Shown: positions 1 through 13,500 of the stretch, one piece after another
Layout of the letters: every line of letters begins with the position of its first letter
Position numbering within the stretch: the first letter of the stretch is position 1
NCBI GenBank assembly: GCA_010093705.1
Contig: MU006092.1
Location: 316,623 to 380,622, forward strand
DNA from: Patellaria atrata CBS 101060
Lineage: Eukaryota
DNA: 64,000 nucleotides
Reading direction: 5' to 3'
Notes under the pieces: generated by a model
Seen by the model: the letters and a program-made list of their open reading frames with translations, nothing else
What the model was told of the DNA's origin: nothing
The model's database searches: none
Program-made: the position numbers and the translations under genes

Positions 1-698
1 CCAAGAAAGATCCAAATACGGTAAGAGTATAACCGTATTGCGCTCCATCAAAGCTATCCATAGTACATCTGACGACTCTTGAAACTAGGTTACTAGCCTT
101 TTGCGCCTGTGGTAAGGTGGTTTTGTACGACTGGTGTTGTATTTAGTTAGGCCAGTTGGATTTCAGTTGCTGGGAATACGAGATTCTGTTGAGCCTGGCG
201 GTATTGTTGGCTCTGTACACAAGTTGATAGGTCGTTGACATGGTTAATATAATGTTCGACAGCCGAAGGCGGTATGATGCATCGATTATCGTCACTACAG
301 TTATAAGTAAGTGAATAAGTTCAATTGATGGCGTTAAAACTTACGATGATGTATAAGAGACGGAACGACGTGTATCACGACAGATTATGGATGATGGTTC
401 CTATTTGTTATAGGAGGTGAGAACAGTAGCCAGATTATCCTCGAAACTTTTATTCTCCAGTTCCAATGGAAACTCTCTGGTATTGGGGGAGGTGACTCCT
501 GCACGTTGGGTGCGAATGTTGTCTTGTAAACTCCCTGGTATCGTGGGAGGCAAGAGGTCTGTACTGTTTACCGGAGCCAAAGTACATCACTGCCGTACAA
601 CGGTGAGTTCAGGAAACAGCTCCACCCTTTTCTAGGTTGGGTTGGGTAATATTCTTCGAGAGGTCTTCAAAGTGTAGAGGGGATAGCGCGAACGACAT
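1..698 (-). pseudogene. Degraded spliced gene of unknown family, running off the window start
   Basis: ATG at 698 (MSFALSPLHFEDLSK...). Frameshift near 630. Canonical 50-bp intron 344-295 (GTAAGT...CTGTAG) that preserves the frame. Several in-frame stops (e.g. TAG 401-403, TAA 147-149). Pyrimidine-rich 5'UTR-like tract upstream. Confidence 0.5.
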
Positions 699-1121
699 GT
701 TGAATGCTTGTTGAGAATCAGATCAGGCACTACAAGTAGATGACGAGAGTAAAAGATTTTTGCATGAGATGAACCGTGATCAAAAGAAGAATGCAGTAGA
801 GGTGAATGATGTGGAAGAAAAGAGTTCGTTGTGGAAGAAGCGTGCCTTAATGTTTCTGTTGCCGTTTCGTAACGTACCTGCCTATGATTAGTTCTCTATT
901 TGTTGTTATTTTTATACCCAGTTCTGACTGCTTTACCATATATAATTTACCGGTACCTTATTGTATTCGAAACATCGTGTTGGGTGATTCCTACCTTACT
1001 ATTGATTCAGTGAAAGAGGATCTTTGTCATGACCTGGCTACGCGATTAGAGCCTACGATAAAATATTATGTGTACTGTACAGCAACTAAGGTATGGCACA
1101 GTGAAAAAACATTTCGATGAT

Positions 1122-1634
1122 CTATCTATATGACATATAGTACTCGAATTCGCCCAAAACACTTGGATCTGGGTACTGGTACTCAGTGTTGTAAGAGGTA
1201 GGAGCAGTGGCTAAAGCATTCTCGAAACTTATATTCTTAGGTTCCACAACATCGGGCATCGTGTAGGATGGTTCCTGCACGATGTATGAGGTAAGAGCAT
1301 TAGCTGTATTATCCCAGAAACTTGTATCCTCAAGTTCTGAACTCCCTGATATCGGGGGTGGTGGTTCCTGTAAGTTCGGTGCCAATGTTGTATTTTTGAG
1401 CTTATTGCTCTTCGGCTTCTTGATCTTCCCCGATTTGACGGCGCACCCTTCCTTCTCAACACGACCCTTCCTTGGCCCATACTTCCTCTTATTGGCTTTT
1501 ATGATCTGACTCATTGTCATACCACTGCTGAGGGCATCACGAGTCTGCTGGTTGAGGTTGAACCATCCATTGTTGGCGTTATTGACAATGATCTGTTGAT
1601 GGTTCTGAGGAAGTAGAGGAAGCTGAAGTGCCAT
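1122..1634 (-). CDS. Hypothetical 170-aa protein with a basic Lys-rich (NLS-like) segment
   Basis: Intact ORF with a good start context (CAAAATGG) and a CA-rich 5'UTR-like leader. No family recognised. Confidence 0.5.
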   Translation of the reverse strand: MALQLPLLPQNHQQIIVNNANNGWFNLNQQTRDALSSGMTMSQIIKANKRKYGPRKGRVEKEGCAVKSGKIKKPKSNKLKNTTLAPNLQEPPPPISGSSELEDTSFWDNTANALTSYIVQEPSYTMPDVVEPKNISFENALATAPTSYNTEYQYPDPSVLGEFEYYMSYR

Positions 1635-3473
1635 TTTGAATAGATATGTTTGTGTTTATTTAAGTGGATGAGTGTTTAGATGTATATGTGTGAGTATTTA
1701 TATGGATATGGGAATGTCAATATGTGCGTGTGTCTGTGTGTGTGAGGATTGTCTGAGGAAAGAAAAACAAAAGGGAAAGCAAGGGAAAAAAGGAAGATTT
1801 ATAGACCTCGTGGGCTTCATCTTCTGGTAGCGGATGAAGGCCAAAATCGAACGCATTACTGCAATAAAGGCTTCAGGTACACGGATTCCCGGCAACTCAC
1901 TAGGCTGGTATGCTTCAATGGGCTTGAAAATCCTCAGTACCCACAAATTCTTGACTAGCGGTTGTGTTGTATGATTTCGAGGCATCACATATGGTCCGGC
2001 AGTGCTATCATCCGAAGTATTTGACGTACCATGGAAATGGGGAGCTTTGAGCTGGTTACGATGATAAACTCACAGGCAATAACTGAGAATTAGGGTGTCA
2101 ACTCGCTAAGCTCAGCAAGCAAACTTAGGAACCGTTGGATCTCAAGTGGATTGGACTCCTATGAATGGTACGATGACTCTCGAGAAGTTCTGCCAACAAT
2201 AAAAGAACGAATTGTTGGGAGGGGAAGGGGAAAAGAAGGGAAGGGGGTAGAGAGGAGGGGAGGGGGCCCCCTTCGGCGAAGAGGGCGTGTGCTTGCGGAC
2301 CGGGGAACCAGGCACTTTATGAATGTAGATAACTGATAACATATAACACTGAGAACTTATACTATGAGTTGATATGCTCCATAGAGTCGATAGTCTTTAT
2401 AGCGTAGACATGATTAGAATATGCTGGTGTGTGTCTGGAATGCTAGTGTCGTATAGTAGCGAGAACCTAATCCGATATCGTCGTCTTGGGGAGAGTTGAG
2501 GTACTTGACTATGCTTATGTCTTCTTTCTTCTTTCTCTTTCCATAGACTTTAGCAGCGGACGATGACAGTATTATTCATTCAGCATCCGGGGCTGCAAAT
2601 GCACACCGCGATTAGAAGCTCGCCATCACATCGGACATCTAGCATTTCTGCGTGGTGGTACGCTTCTCGCCTTTCTGCATTGGGTTTTTTTTTTAATCTC
2701 TCTCTCTCTCTCTTCTTTCTTTTCATCTCTTTTTTATTCTCTTTAACATAACTAGGGAGTCACCACGGTTATCGTATGGGATAGTTTTGAATCCGCGCAT
2801 GTTGGATTTAAATAACATTTGCTAATTCATTTTAACTACAAACTTCATGCAGTCGGTGCAGTCTGCAGTCGATATTGATCTCTATCTAGTATGAGTACTC
2901 TGCATTTTGATATGGGTGTAAAAAGGAATTGTGCAAAATCATCTTCTGATCCAGCTGCCAGAAAAAGACTCGCTCTCACTCACTACCAATGCCCCCTCAA
3001 GCTCAAGAGATACATGATCAAGCCTTCGAAGGCGATTTTCAACGTTTTGGAAGGTAAACACCTTTTAAGTGCGCAAAGAAAGAGAATCAGTCTTTACTTG
3101 ACGTTCTTTTAAGAACCGATCGTTTGTCGGATTATCCCGCAGCTATTTTTCTTATCCAGACGCTTGGGACGCGGATGTGGAGAGATCTACGGTGCACCAA
3201 CTGCCATTGTTTATACAATAGTCAACTGTAGCTCACCAAAAACTTAAACACATTCCAAACGTCAGATTGGAGCAGAGATGGAAGTCTAGGTACAGTACCT
3301 CCGCGCAAAGCAAACTCCCAATAAACGTCTCGAGACACTAGTGTCGACTGTTTGCTCTGTCTGAACCCCCCGAGTTTCAGCTCGTTGAGTGGAGCTTCGG
3401 AGCTTCCACTTAAAGACACTCTTACCAGCTCGATTTCCAGGCTTCCTGACAGTTACAACTTACAAACGTAGCG

Positions 3474-4785
3474 ATGAGCGTCATCCTCTGTACTGGTTGG
3501 TCCTCTTCTTTATATCCTCTCGCCATACCTAGATACTGATTTTGACTTAGCTGGCTACGACCACACAATCCGGTAAGCGATCCATACTCCATCCAACTGT
3601 CACCCTACATACCTACTGTCAAACGAGATACTCACATCCATAGCTTCTGGGAAGCCCTCTCCGGTATCTGTTCCCGCACAATCCCACACCCGGACTCCCA
3701 AGTCAACCGCCTCTGCATATCGCCAGACAAACGCTTCCTCGCCGCGGCCGGCAACCACGCCGTGAAGCTCTACGACATCAAGTCCTCCAATCCAAACCCC
3801 GTCCTCACCTTTGACGGCCACACTGGGAACGTGACGGGCGTGGCTTTCCACTGCGAGGGCAAATGGATGGTCACAAGCTCGGAAGACGGGACGGTCAAAA
3901 TCTGGGACACTAGGACAGGAAGCGTGCAGAGGAACTACACACACGGCGTCCCGGTGAACGATGTAGTCATACATCCTAACCAAGGAGAACTCGTGAGCTG
4001 CGACCGAGGCGGCAACGTGCGGATATGGGACCTAAGCGAGAACAAATGCAGCCACCAGCTCATCCCGGAAGGCGAAGACGTCTCCGTAGCCAGCGTAACC
4101 GTCGCCAGCGACGGGACCCTCCTCTGCGCCGGCAACAACGCCGTAAGCCCTTCCAACTACCCCTTCCAACCCCCCCTCTTACCCCACTAACCCCCTCCAG
4201 GGCAACGTCTACGTCTGGCGCATGGTTCAAACATCCCACCTCACGACCCTCCTCCCCGTGACCAAATTCACCGCCCACAACACCTACATAACGCGCGTCC
4301 TGCTCTCCCCGGACGTGAAACACCTCGCCACCTGTTCCGCCGACCACACCGCGCGCATTTGGGCCGTCGACCCGACTTCCACCCTTACTAGCACTCCCTC
4401 CCAACCCCCAGCCCCGAACTACCTCCTCACCCCCGCGCCTCCGCACGTCCTCCAATCCCCGCACAACAACCCCAACAATCCTGCCAACACGACAAACCCC
4501 CCCATAAACATGCAAGCTCTGCACGCGCCCGCCCCAGCCCCGGTCCCCGAGACCAGCGCGAAGATAGCGGAGCCGACCCCCTTTCCCCTTGAGACGACGC
4601 TTATGGGCCATCAGCGCTGGGTCTGGGATTGTGCGTTCTCTGCGGATAGCGCGTATCTGGTTACGGCGTGTAGTGATCATTATGCGAGACTGTGGGAGTT
4701 GGGCAGTCAGAGCATTATTAGGCAGTATAATGGACATCATCGGGGGGCGGTTTGTGTGGCGCTTAATGATACTGCGTTGAGTTGA
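3474..4785 (+). CDS. LST8: TOR complex WD40 subunit Lst8/Wat1
   Basis: Spliced translation [28 protein letters not shown]...GHQRWVWDCAFSADSAYLVTACSDHYARLW. Introns 3496-3550, 3573-3643 and 4143-4200, all GT-AG. Confidence 0.96.
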
Positions 4786-5479
4786 GGAGGGGGGAGGGGG
4801 TGCTTTATTGAGCGTTTGGCATTATGGGTGGGTTGCGGGGTTTTGGGGAGTATGGTATGGTATGCTATGGGATGGAAGGGCACAAAGGAAAGGAAAGGAA
4901 GGGAGTTAATGAGGGAGTTAGGTTCACGATTACATCTAAACATACGTACGTGAGAAATGGGATAACTGACCAGCCGGGAAATCAAAGTTCAAGCATGATA
5001 CCCCTCTCTCATTCACTCAGTCCTTCATTAACTATCTACAATACATTTTCCTTCTTCGACTACTCTGCTCAATCTCCGATCAAACCCAGCTCCATGAGAT
5101 AGAGCACATCCATAACGCTCGCCATCATAGCAAACACACCTTGCCCTGATAGAAAGGACCCAGAGCGCCGAATATCGCTCATGCACCACGGCATAAAAGC
5201 ATTAAATAACATTAACCCGTGCAATCACGGTATCCACGCCTCGGTTCATCCACGCCGAACCAGAAAATGAAAAGTGGAGAAAAGTATGGTATGGTACAGT
5301 ACAGAAAAATCCCACGCAGTCAAATCCACAATATGGGATGGGATGTGGGTCGGTTGGGGTTCGTGAATCCGTGGTTCTGGTTCTGATCAGAGCGAGGTGG
5401 AGCCCAGATCCGGAACCAGGGAAATATTGATCGGGAAAATAACCACTTGGTCCAAAATCGGCAAGTGGTCGTGCGTCTA

Positions 5480-8400
5480 CTAAGTTTGTCCGGGTTCATC
5501 CAGCGGCTGTTCCTTCGCCTCGACGAATTCCTGCGGCGGACTCGCGTTCTCCTTCCCCGTCTCTCGTGAGTCCTGTGCGCCATCTGTCTGCAAACCAAGT
5601 GTCTCTCGTTCCTTAGCCTCGCGCTTCTTCCTCAAGCGCTCCTGCTTCTCGCGCTCCCTTTGAAGCATAACCTCATGCTGCTCGCGCCGGACCCTCTCGT
5701 CTTTAATCTTCCTAAGACGTTCCACTTCCTCAACCCCACCACTCTTCTTCAGTTTCCCCTCTTCGACGAAACTGCCGAGCTCCTTCTGAAACTCGCCGCC
5801 CTTGCGGGACTCCAGTTCCTTCAGACGCTGACGTTCGGCGCGTTCGATCGCCTCGAGGCGGCCTTCGTGGTTAGGTTGCAAGGCCCTGACCTCGCCAAGG
5901 ACGCCATCTTTCGCCTTGCGCGGATCGACAGCCTGGTCCAAGGCCACGGCGCGGAGGTTGGCAGAAGCGCTGCGAGCGCCGGAAGTGGTGCCGACTTGCG
6001 CGTTCTGTTGCTTGGTCGCTTGTTCCACCAACGCGAACGTTTCCGCTGCTTGCTCTAGATCTTGTTCCAGATCCGCCATGTACTCCTCGTGCAGCTTCAA
6101 CTGTTCCTGATCGTCGCACACGCTCTGCAATTCGCGCTCGTGGAACTTCTTCCACAGGGGACGTTCGCGTTTGATCGTCTCTTGGAGCTTCTTGAGCTCG
6201 GAAGTCGCGATGGAGATGTCTTTGGCGACGGTTTCGAGTTGACGCGGGAGGGGCCGGACACCTCGGCTGACGACGTCTTTGCGGAGGTCTTCGACCAAAT
6301 CTTGCAGGTCGTCGACGCGGGTGATGAGCTTTTCGGCATCGTCGGAGAGCTGCTTCTTGCCGGCGTTGACGTAAGCACGGCCGGAGTCACCGTCGAGGGT
6401 TGGGATTGCGGCTTTGATGGCGGTGGACTTGACGACAGATGCCTTGGAACGGATGGTGGACATGGTGGAGTTGATATCTGAGACGAAGGAGCTGTATGTC
6501 TGGCGGACGATGGCGAGATCACGGCGGAGGTTTTGGACTTCTTCGAGCTGGGCTGCGGAATCTTTACTCGGAACCGCCGTTGAAGATCCGATGGGCGATA
6601 GAAGTGGCGTACGGTTGCTGAATAGCGAAGCACGATTTGATATTGTAGGTGCGGAGGCAATGCTCGCAAGCTCTTTGGCTGCGTCTTGTTGCTTTTCGGA
6701 CACACGCTGGATAGATGCCTTCTGCTCGTCGACAACGGTCTTGATGCCTTCTATCATTTGGCGAAGTCCACCAATTCCTTCATCAATATGGCGTTTGACC
6801 TCATCAAGAGCTTCAACGTTCAGGACCAGTACGGAGCGGTCCTTGATATCACTGAGATCTTCTAATTCATGACGGACACCGGAAACGGGATCCTGGACAT
6901 AGATCTCTGGTAAGTCGATGCCATTGCTATGAGTGTTCCAGGCAAACTTTTCGATGAATGCTAACTGCAGACGAGCCATGGTGAGATCCGTATAACCATC
7001 CTGAAGCACGAACTTTTTAATCTTGCTCTTGTATTGCAGGAAAAGTGTAAGTTCCTTTCCTGGTTGTGGTGATTGTTCCGGAATGAAGTGTTGTGACTGA
7101 GGTGGTGAAGGAGACTTTGTCTTGGACCTAACTCCTGGTTGAGACGGGATGCCGGATTGTCGGCGCAACAAAGAACCACTATCGACACGTTCGGGCAATT
7201 CTGTCACTGGTGGGTCGTCGCCGGGACCAAATAATGTCGCTCCCATCTCTATCTTCTCCGGTTCAGCTGGTTGAGGACCTAGTTTATCCTCAGGAGTCTT
7301 GACCACCGGACTATCGCCTGGGAGTTCCTCAGCCATAGGATGCTTGAACATCGATGCATCACTGCTGATATCAGTCTCCTCAGATATCCTCTTAGAAACC
7401 GGACCAGTTGTTATCCTGCTTGGTGATGATTCTCCCGCGAGCCGATTGGCAGAACGCTGGCGTTCTCCGACGTATGAGCGCCTTGCTCGGACAGCATTCA
7501 GGGATTCGCGAACATCTCTTCCTCTATTCGGAATAGGAGAATTCTGAGAAGGTGGGATCATCGGGATACCATTCGGACCGCCAAGGTGTTTTTGAATTTG
7601 ATATGCTGAGAATCGGCGTGAGGCCCTACGTTCTAAATCACCACCTTTCTGAAGCGCAGCGAGAGCATCCTGTTTTGGAGGAGGCGGTGGAGGTGGTGGG
7701 AAGTCAATGGCATATGATGGAGGAGGATTCTCAGCAACTGGCATTGTGTCTTCAGCCGGATAAGGAGCGATGACCGGGAGATTTTGCATGGTCTCACTTG
7801 AGAGTGAAGAAGGTTCCGAATGCATCGAGCTCTTGGAGATATTCCTGTTCACACGTGGGTTTGCTGGAAGGGTCTCATGTCTATGCGGTGATTGCCTTCC
7901 GCCAACAGCTGAGGATGTTCGAGGAGGAAGTTCGGAGAGTCCATCTGGAGCGATTACATCGCCACTGTCCGAACGCATGGCAAGCAGTCTACTACTTGAT
8001 TGTCTGGGTGGAAGATCTTCACCGCCAGTAATAGCATTGACGAAATCGCTGCTGCTGGAGCTATTTGATTTCACACTTCCTTCTTTTGCACCGAACCTCT
8101 GTCGGAGCTTTTGTTGCTTCTTCTTCAGGCCATGCAGGAGGTTTATGATGATGTCTCGGATTCGGGGAAGAAAGCGATCCAAGCTTGCCTGAGATGCCTC
8201 TTGACTGAGTGTCTCCTCTAAGATTTGTCGCAAGAGGTCTGGGACCGGTCCAAGATCAGAAGTATCAACCCCTATAGAGTTGAATGATCGTGAGGCGATA
8301 TTGAACTCATAACCTAGTCTGACGTAAACATCCGAGACGGCAGCTTCTGTTGCAGTACCTCTTGACCATTGTGTAAGAGTCTCTAGGAGTTGTTTTGTTG

Positions 8401-9003
8401 CGACGAGGAGGTGGGTGACGCTCTTCTCGATAGAGGACATCTGTTGTTGCGGCTGCATGTTAAACGTAATGGTTAGCATATGATCTAGCAAACAACGAGC
8501 GTCGCACGCAAACTTGAAGGGAGTTCTAATAAATGAGGACGCTATCCCATCTAGATTTAAAGACTTACCGTAAGTGCACGCTTTGAGGAACGGCCTGCGG
8601 AATTTTGAGAGTTTTGAGAGGCCCGGGAGCCAGGTTCTTCGGCGACAGGAGGCATTCTTGTTGCGATGGTGGGAGAATAAGATGGTACTATGTCGCTCTC
8701 TGGCTTGTTATTAGTAAAGACAGTTTCTCTTAAGCTTGAGCGCAGTGGTATCTGAAGAGGGGGGGGCATAAGGGTAGGGTCACGATCGCGTTGAATACGA
8801 CTTTGATATATGGCTGTTAATACGGGAGCTGACGGTAATCTTACATCCGAAAACCTCCCAAGTATTGCCATCGATTTGGCTCTTGAGAGCACAGGACGAG
8901 CCTTGATCCCTGACCTCTCCGACCACTCGCTTATAGCTGTATTGAGTGCCTTCATCAGCGAATCATTCTCAGCCATTTTAAATTCTCCGAGAGAATGAGG
9001 CAT
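5480..9003 (-). CDS. BUD6: Actin-interacting polarisome protein Bud6/Aip3
   Basis: SSIEKSVTHLLVATKQLLETLTQW N-domain, ELTLFLQYKSKIKKF...LQLAFIEKF AIP3 core and coiled coil. Intron 8568-8453. Start uncertain: ATG 9003 or a later in-frame ATG such as 8655. Confidence 0.93.
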
Positions 9004-10599
9004 GAAATCGTCACCAGTTAACAAGCTTTGGGTTTTGGAATAGAAGATGGTCCATCAAAGAAGTTTTTATTTGCAAGTTGTGCGAAAGTCAAGCCAAGCA
9101 GTCGCGTCGGGTTCTGTGACTTCAATCTTCACTTAAAGTATTCCATGAATGCAAACGCCCAACTACGGTGACTAATGGAGGGGACCCAGGTTTACCTTAG
9201 CTTATCAGAGCGGAGTGTCGTTTGAATGTTACTGTAATTTACCTCAGCTTAACGTAGTTATATTGTCCTCAAATTCAGGAAAGAGCAAAGTGAGAATTTC
9301 AGATCAACTTTCTTCATCGGATGGTGGTTGTTGAACATCTATGGGGGTTTCAATCTACGTATCACCTCATGATACGGTACCCTTAATCCCACTAGCCACA
9401 GATCTAGTCTCAACTGAGCCTAGCGCCGTAAGGTAGACCCGGTTCCCAGTTCAGGACCTCAAAACCCTCTGGAGACGTGGAATAACTTAGTCAGACTTTC
9501 TAGAGTCAATGTTTATGTGAACTCCTCAAGTCCGCTCTCTCAATATAGTACAAACTATTGTCCCCCGATGAATCATTATTATTGCATGTGTGTCATATTG
9601 ACAAGTTATCGAAGAGGGCCAAATAAGGTCACCTTGAAAAGGGCTAAATATACAGTGCAGAGACGTACCTATACGAGAGAACCACTTGGTGAGATACTTG
9701 GAGTTAGTTAGGTATATTTCTAAATTGGTCATGTTCTGAAGAGTCAGACTCGTTACACGACGGCCCCAGGTATTTGCTGTAAGTCCAGGTGACGAGCGAT
9801 AATAATACTCCATTACCCATGATAATAGGAAACTATTAGAATCAACGGAGAGAGAAGACTTTGCAGAACCAATGTTGTGACCAATATTGTCCGAGATCGC
9901 ATTATCGTCGTGCCTCTGCAATAATCTATATCAAGCTCTCCATATTCCCCGAGAGAATGAAAGTTGTAGCCCAGGTTTGAGCTCCTCGGCTGGGTCGCCT
10001 CAACGTAGTTCTACGGTACTAAGCTTGTATTTCAAAACCTCCGCACTTTCTCTCGCCAACGTGAACGAGTCCTGCAGTTTCACAAGCTCCCACTTCCTCC
10101 GCATGCTTCAACTTGAAGTGAGGTGATCCTTTGTCGGTAAGAAACAAGGAGAAAACAGCAGAGACCAATAATACTTACAGTACTGGTTAAGTACTTGGTA
10201 CTGTTTCCCTAGTTGGACGGGGAGCCAGACGATCTCCTCCTAGCTCCCGGCCTACCTAGGCTTGGCGGTCCTGGTTGCTCCTGCCCTCTGCCTCACTTTA
10301 CTCTGACTGCACCAGAAAGAAAGTCCAGTGCCTCACCAAACTTGAAAGTCCAAGCACCTTTTCGATCTCACAACCTCCTCCCCCGGACTACAACCTTTTT
10401 TTCCTTCACCCTTCTCACCACCTTCTTCTCTTCAAAAAATTGCTTTGCCATCTCGAGGCAGAGAGCTTGTTCTTTTCCATTCAAGCTACTTATTTATCTC
10501 CATTGCGCTTGCCCGAGCGTGAGCTCGTTGGCCTCGTGCTGCCCCGTTTTCCTGGACCTACCTGATCCCCTCAACATTCACCTCAACTCCAACAAATAC

Positions 10600-13500
10600 A
10601 TGTCCACCAACGCAGCTACCCCGTCGCTCAACGGCGCATCTGCCGCTTCAAATAACCTTCCTGCGAACCCTTCAGCTTCTACTTCATCCTTCATCGGAAG
10701 ATCACTCAAAATGAACACCTCAAATAAGCCTATTGACGGAACGCGCAAGCAATCGGGAAGCCCAATTGATGGTACTCAAAGGTATAACCCTCTTCCGACT
10801 AAAAGATCGTCAGCACTTCGTCCTGAATGTCATTTCAAGAACGTATTTTTACATATCTCACTTATCGTGTCTGCAATTCCCAACCGAGCTTCCCCATTTC
10901 GTGCAAATTACCTCAATGCGCATCTGCTATTGCTTATTCTCCATCCTACATTTGACCCTGAGCCATATTACTCCGTGTCACAATTGTATTCAGTTACATG
11001 CGGACCTTTATTCACTTGGAACATTCGCAATTATCTTTCATGGACTAAGCTGATGCACCTCCGTTTCTAGGAAACCACCGCAAAAAGCATGGGCTCACGG
11101 AACTAACCCCCTCACACAACGTTCTTCAAACAGTCCATCGTTAAATGGCACTGTCAATACACCAAAATCCTCTACAAATACCAAATCAGCTTCAACGACC
11201 TCTAAAGAATCGAATACACCTGACAGACATGCCAATGACAGGCTGTTGTTTCTCTTCGCTAACTTTATTGTGAGTCAACGTTTGAGTAGTGGTTCCACTT
11301 TTGTGATCATGTTTCTCATTCGTGTCAAACATTTTTATGTCTTTGTTCGTTGAGTTTATGCAATGACAAGCAGCGATTGACCACAAACTATAGGGACTCA
11401 CCTCTACCATCACCCTCAAGAATGGTGATAAGTATTCCGGCATATTCTCTGGTAGCAGCCAGGAAAATCCCAACGATATTCGCTACGTACTCAAGATGGT
11501 CAGACGACTTTCATCTGCGAACGATCAATCTAACGGTGTTCGTGACGAGGGCTATATCGGCAACGGGGATGAGCACGTCATGTTATTCGACTCTCATGAT
11601 GTTGTTGACCTTTCAGTCGCAAGTGTCTCGATAGACAAAACTTCGAAGACACAAAATGGTTTGTTCAACATTGTAATTATAGTAAACCCCGCTAATAACC
11701 TGCAGGAGTATCAGGCGGATTCAAAACCGACGCGGATATCTCGGGCAATCTAGCAATAAGAGAACGCAATCTTCAACGCTGGGAACCGGCTGATAGCGGT
11801 AATGTTGACTTGTCTCTCGAATCTTCCCCAGCGGGTTGGGATCAGTTTGAAGCAAACGAACGACTATATGGTGTTAAAAGTACTTTCGATGAGAACATCT
11901 ACACCACCAAGATCGATCGTACAGTTCCTGGATATAAGCAAAAAGAAGCGGACGCAGAAAGGATTGCTCGCGAAATTAATTCAAGCAGCAATACCAATGC
12001 TCACATTGCGGAAGAACGTGGACAAGATGTGATTGATGACAGTGGTCTTGATGAAGAAGACAAGTAAGATAGTTTCCCTTCATTATGCTGCTCCGTACTG
12101 ACCATGGTACCAGGTATAGTGGAGTCCGTCGTGGAGGAGCAGTTTCAACAGGTAACAAATACACACCACCTGCTCGACGAGCGCCTACTGGTCACCCAAC
12201 TGTTTCTGGAGCTCCTGTCGATCCCGCCATCATATCTGCCCAAATTGCCCGACCAAGTCAGCAACTTGCGAAGACACAGCCGCAAGTCGAATCAAAGCCA
12301 GCTCCAGAAACTGCTGTCAAGCCGACTGAAGCTCCGAAGACCGTCCTCCCTCCGAAGTCCGCGGAGACAAAAGGTTCTGAACCTGCAAAGGCCCCTGTAC
12401 CTATGAAACCGGCAGCAGATACTGCTCAGAAGACCGCAGCTGCGCCTAAACTTAGCGGAACCGGAGCGAGACGCGGAGAGAACGCAACACAAAACGTTGA
12501 GAATGAACTTCTCGATTCATTCAGATTATTCTCCGCCAGTGAGAAATTACGAGTCCAAGAAAGTCAACGCAGGAAGGCTACTGCAGACAAAGCCGTCAAG
12601 TTAAACGACCTCAAGAAGTTCTCGCAAAACTTCAAGCTCAATACACCTGTCCCATCAGACTTAGTACCTATCCTCGCCAAAGATAAGCAAAAGCAGGAAC
12701 AGATAGTAGAGAAAGCACTACGTCAAGTTGAAGAGCTTAAGTCGACGCCTCCAAGAGGAACTGCGGCGGCAGCACCTGCAGAACAGCGCAATCAAAGGGG
12801 TCCTCCAGGTCGTTTCGACGCCTTACCTACATCGCCTAATGCCCAAGTTGATCGCCAAAATATGCAGCAACGCGGTCGTCCCAACCAACCAAATTTCTCA
12901 CAAACTGTTCGCGGGGAGCGTCCAGCTCAACAGCAGAATGTGAACAATGTACCCCGTGGACAAGGTCTTTTGAGCCAGAGGCTTGCACTTGCCCAATCAC
13001 AACATAAGCAAGGTCAAATGATTGCTGCAAATATGTCCCAAGCAACTTCGATTCACGGCCTCAACATTCCCCCATCTGGTGGTCCTTCAGCAGCAACAAG
13101 TGGAAGTCACACTCCCACGTCGAGTGTCTCAACTAGATTCAATGTCGGCGCTAAAGAATTCAGACCTAACCCTGGAGCAGCCTCATTCAATCCCAGCAAC
13201 AAATCTAGCCCGAAAGGCGAACCAGCTACTCGTCCACCTCCTCCTAAGCCCACTCCCGCCAAGTTCTTCGGAGATCGTAAATCGTCACCTCCAGCTTCAC
13301 GACCATCTATCGATGATGCGTTCAATCCCGTGAAACGCATGAAGAAGGAAGAATCAGAGAACCCATCTAAAGACTATTCCATGAACGACGGCATCCCTCA
13401 AGCTTACCGCACCCATCCAACTTGGGACGTTTCGGCGAAGAACCAAGAGAAGACCTATCAAGATATGTTCGACAAGACCCCTCTGACCGTCCAATCTATC

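Noticed and set aside
4060..4740. Long antisense or alternate-frame ORFs over GC-rich genes (also 6097-6735, 16184-17044, 36995-37606 and others)
   Set aside because: Shadow ORFs caused by codon bias of the real genes; low-complexity translations with no motifs.
9526..9921. 131-aa ORF between BUD6 and PBP1
   Set aside because: TTG start and no recognisable motif; more likely promoter or UTR sequence.
10213..11070. 285-aa ORF upstream of PBP1
   Set aside because: It is 5'UTR plus PBP1 exon 1 plus read-through of intron 1, ending at the splice-acceptor TAG.
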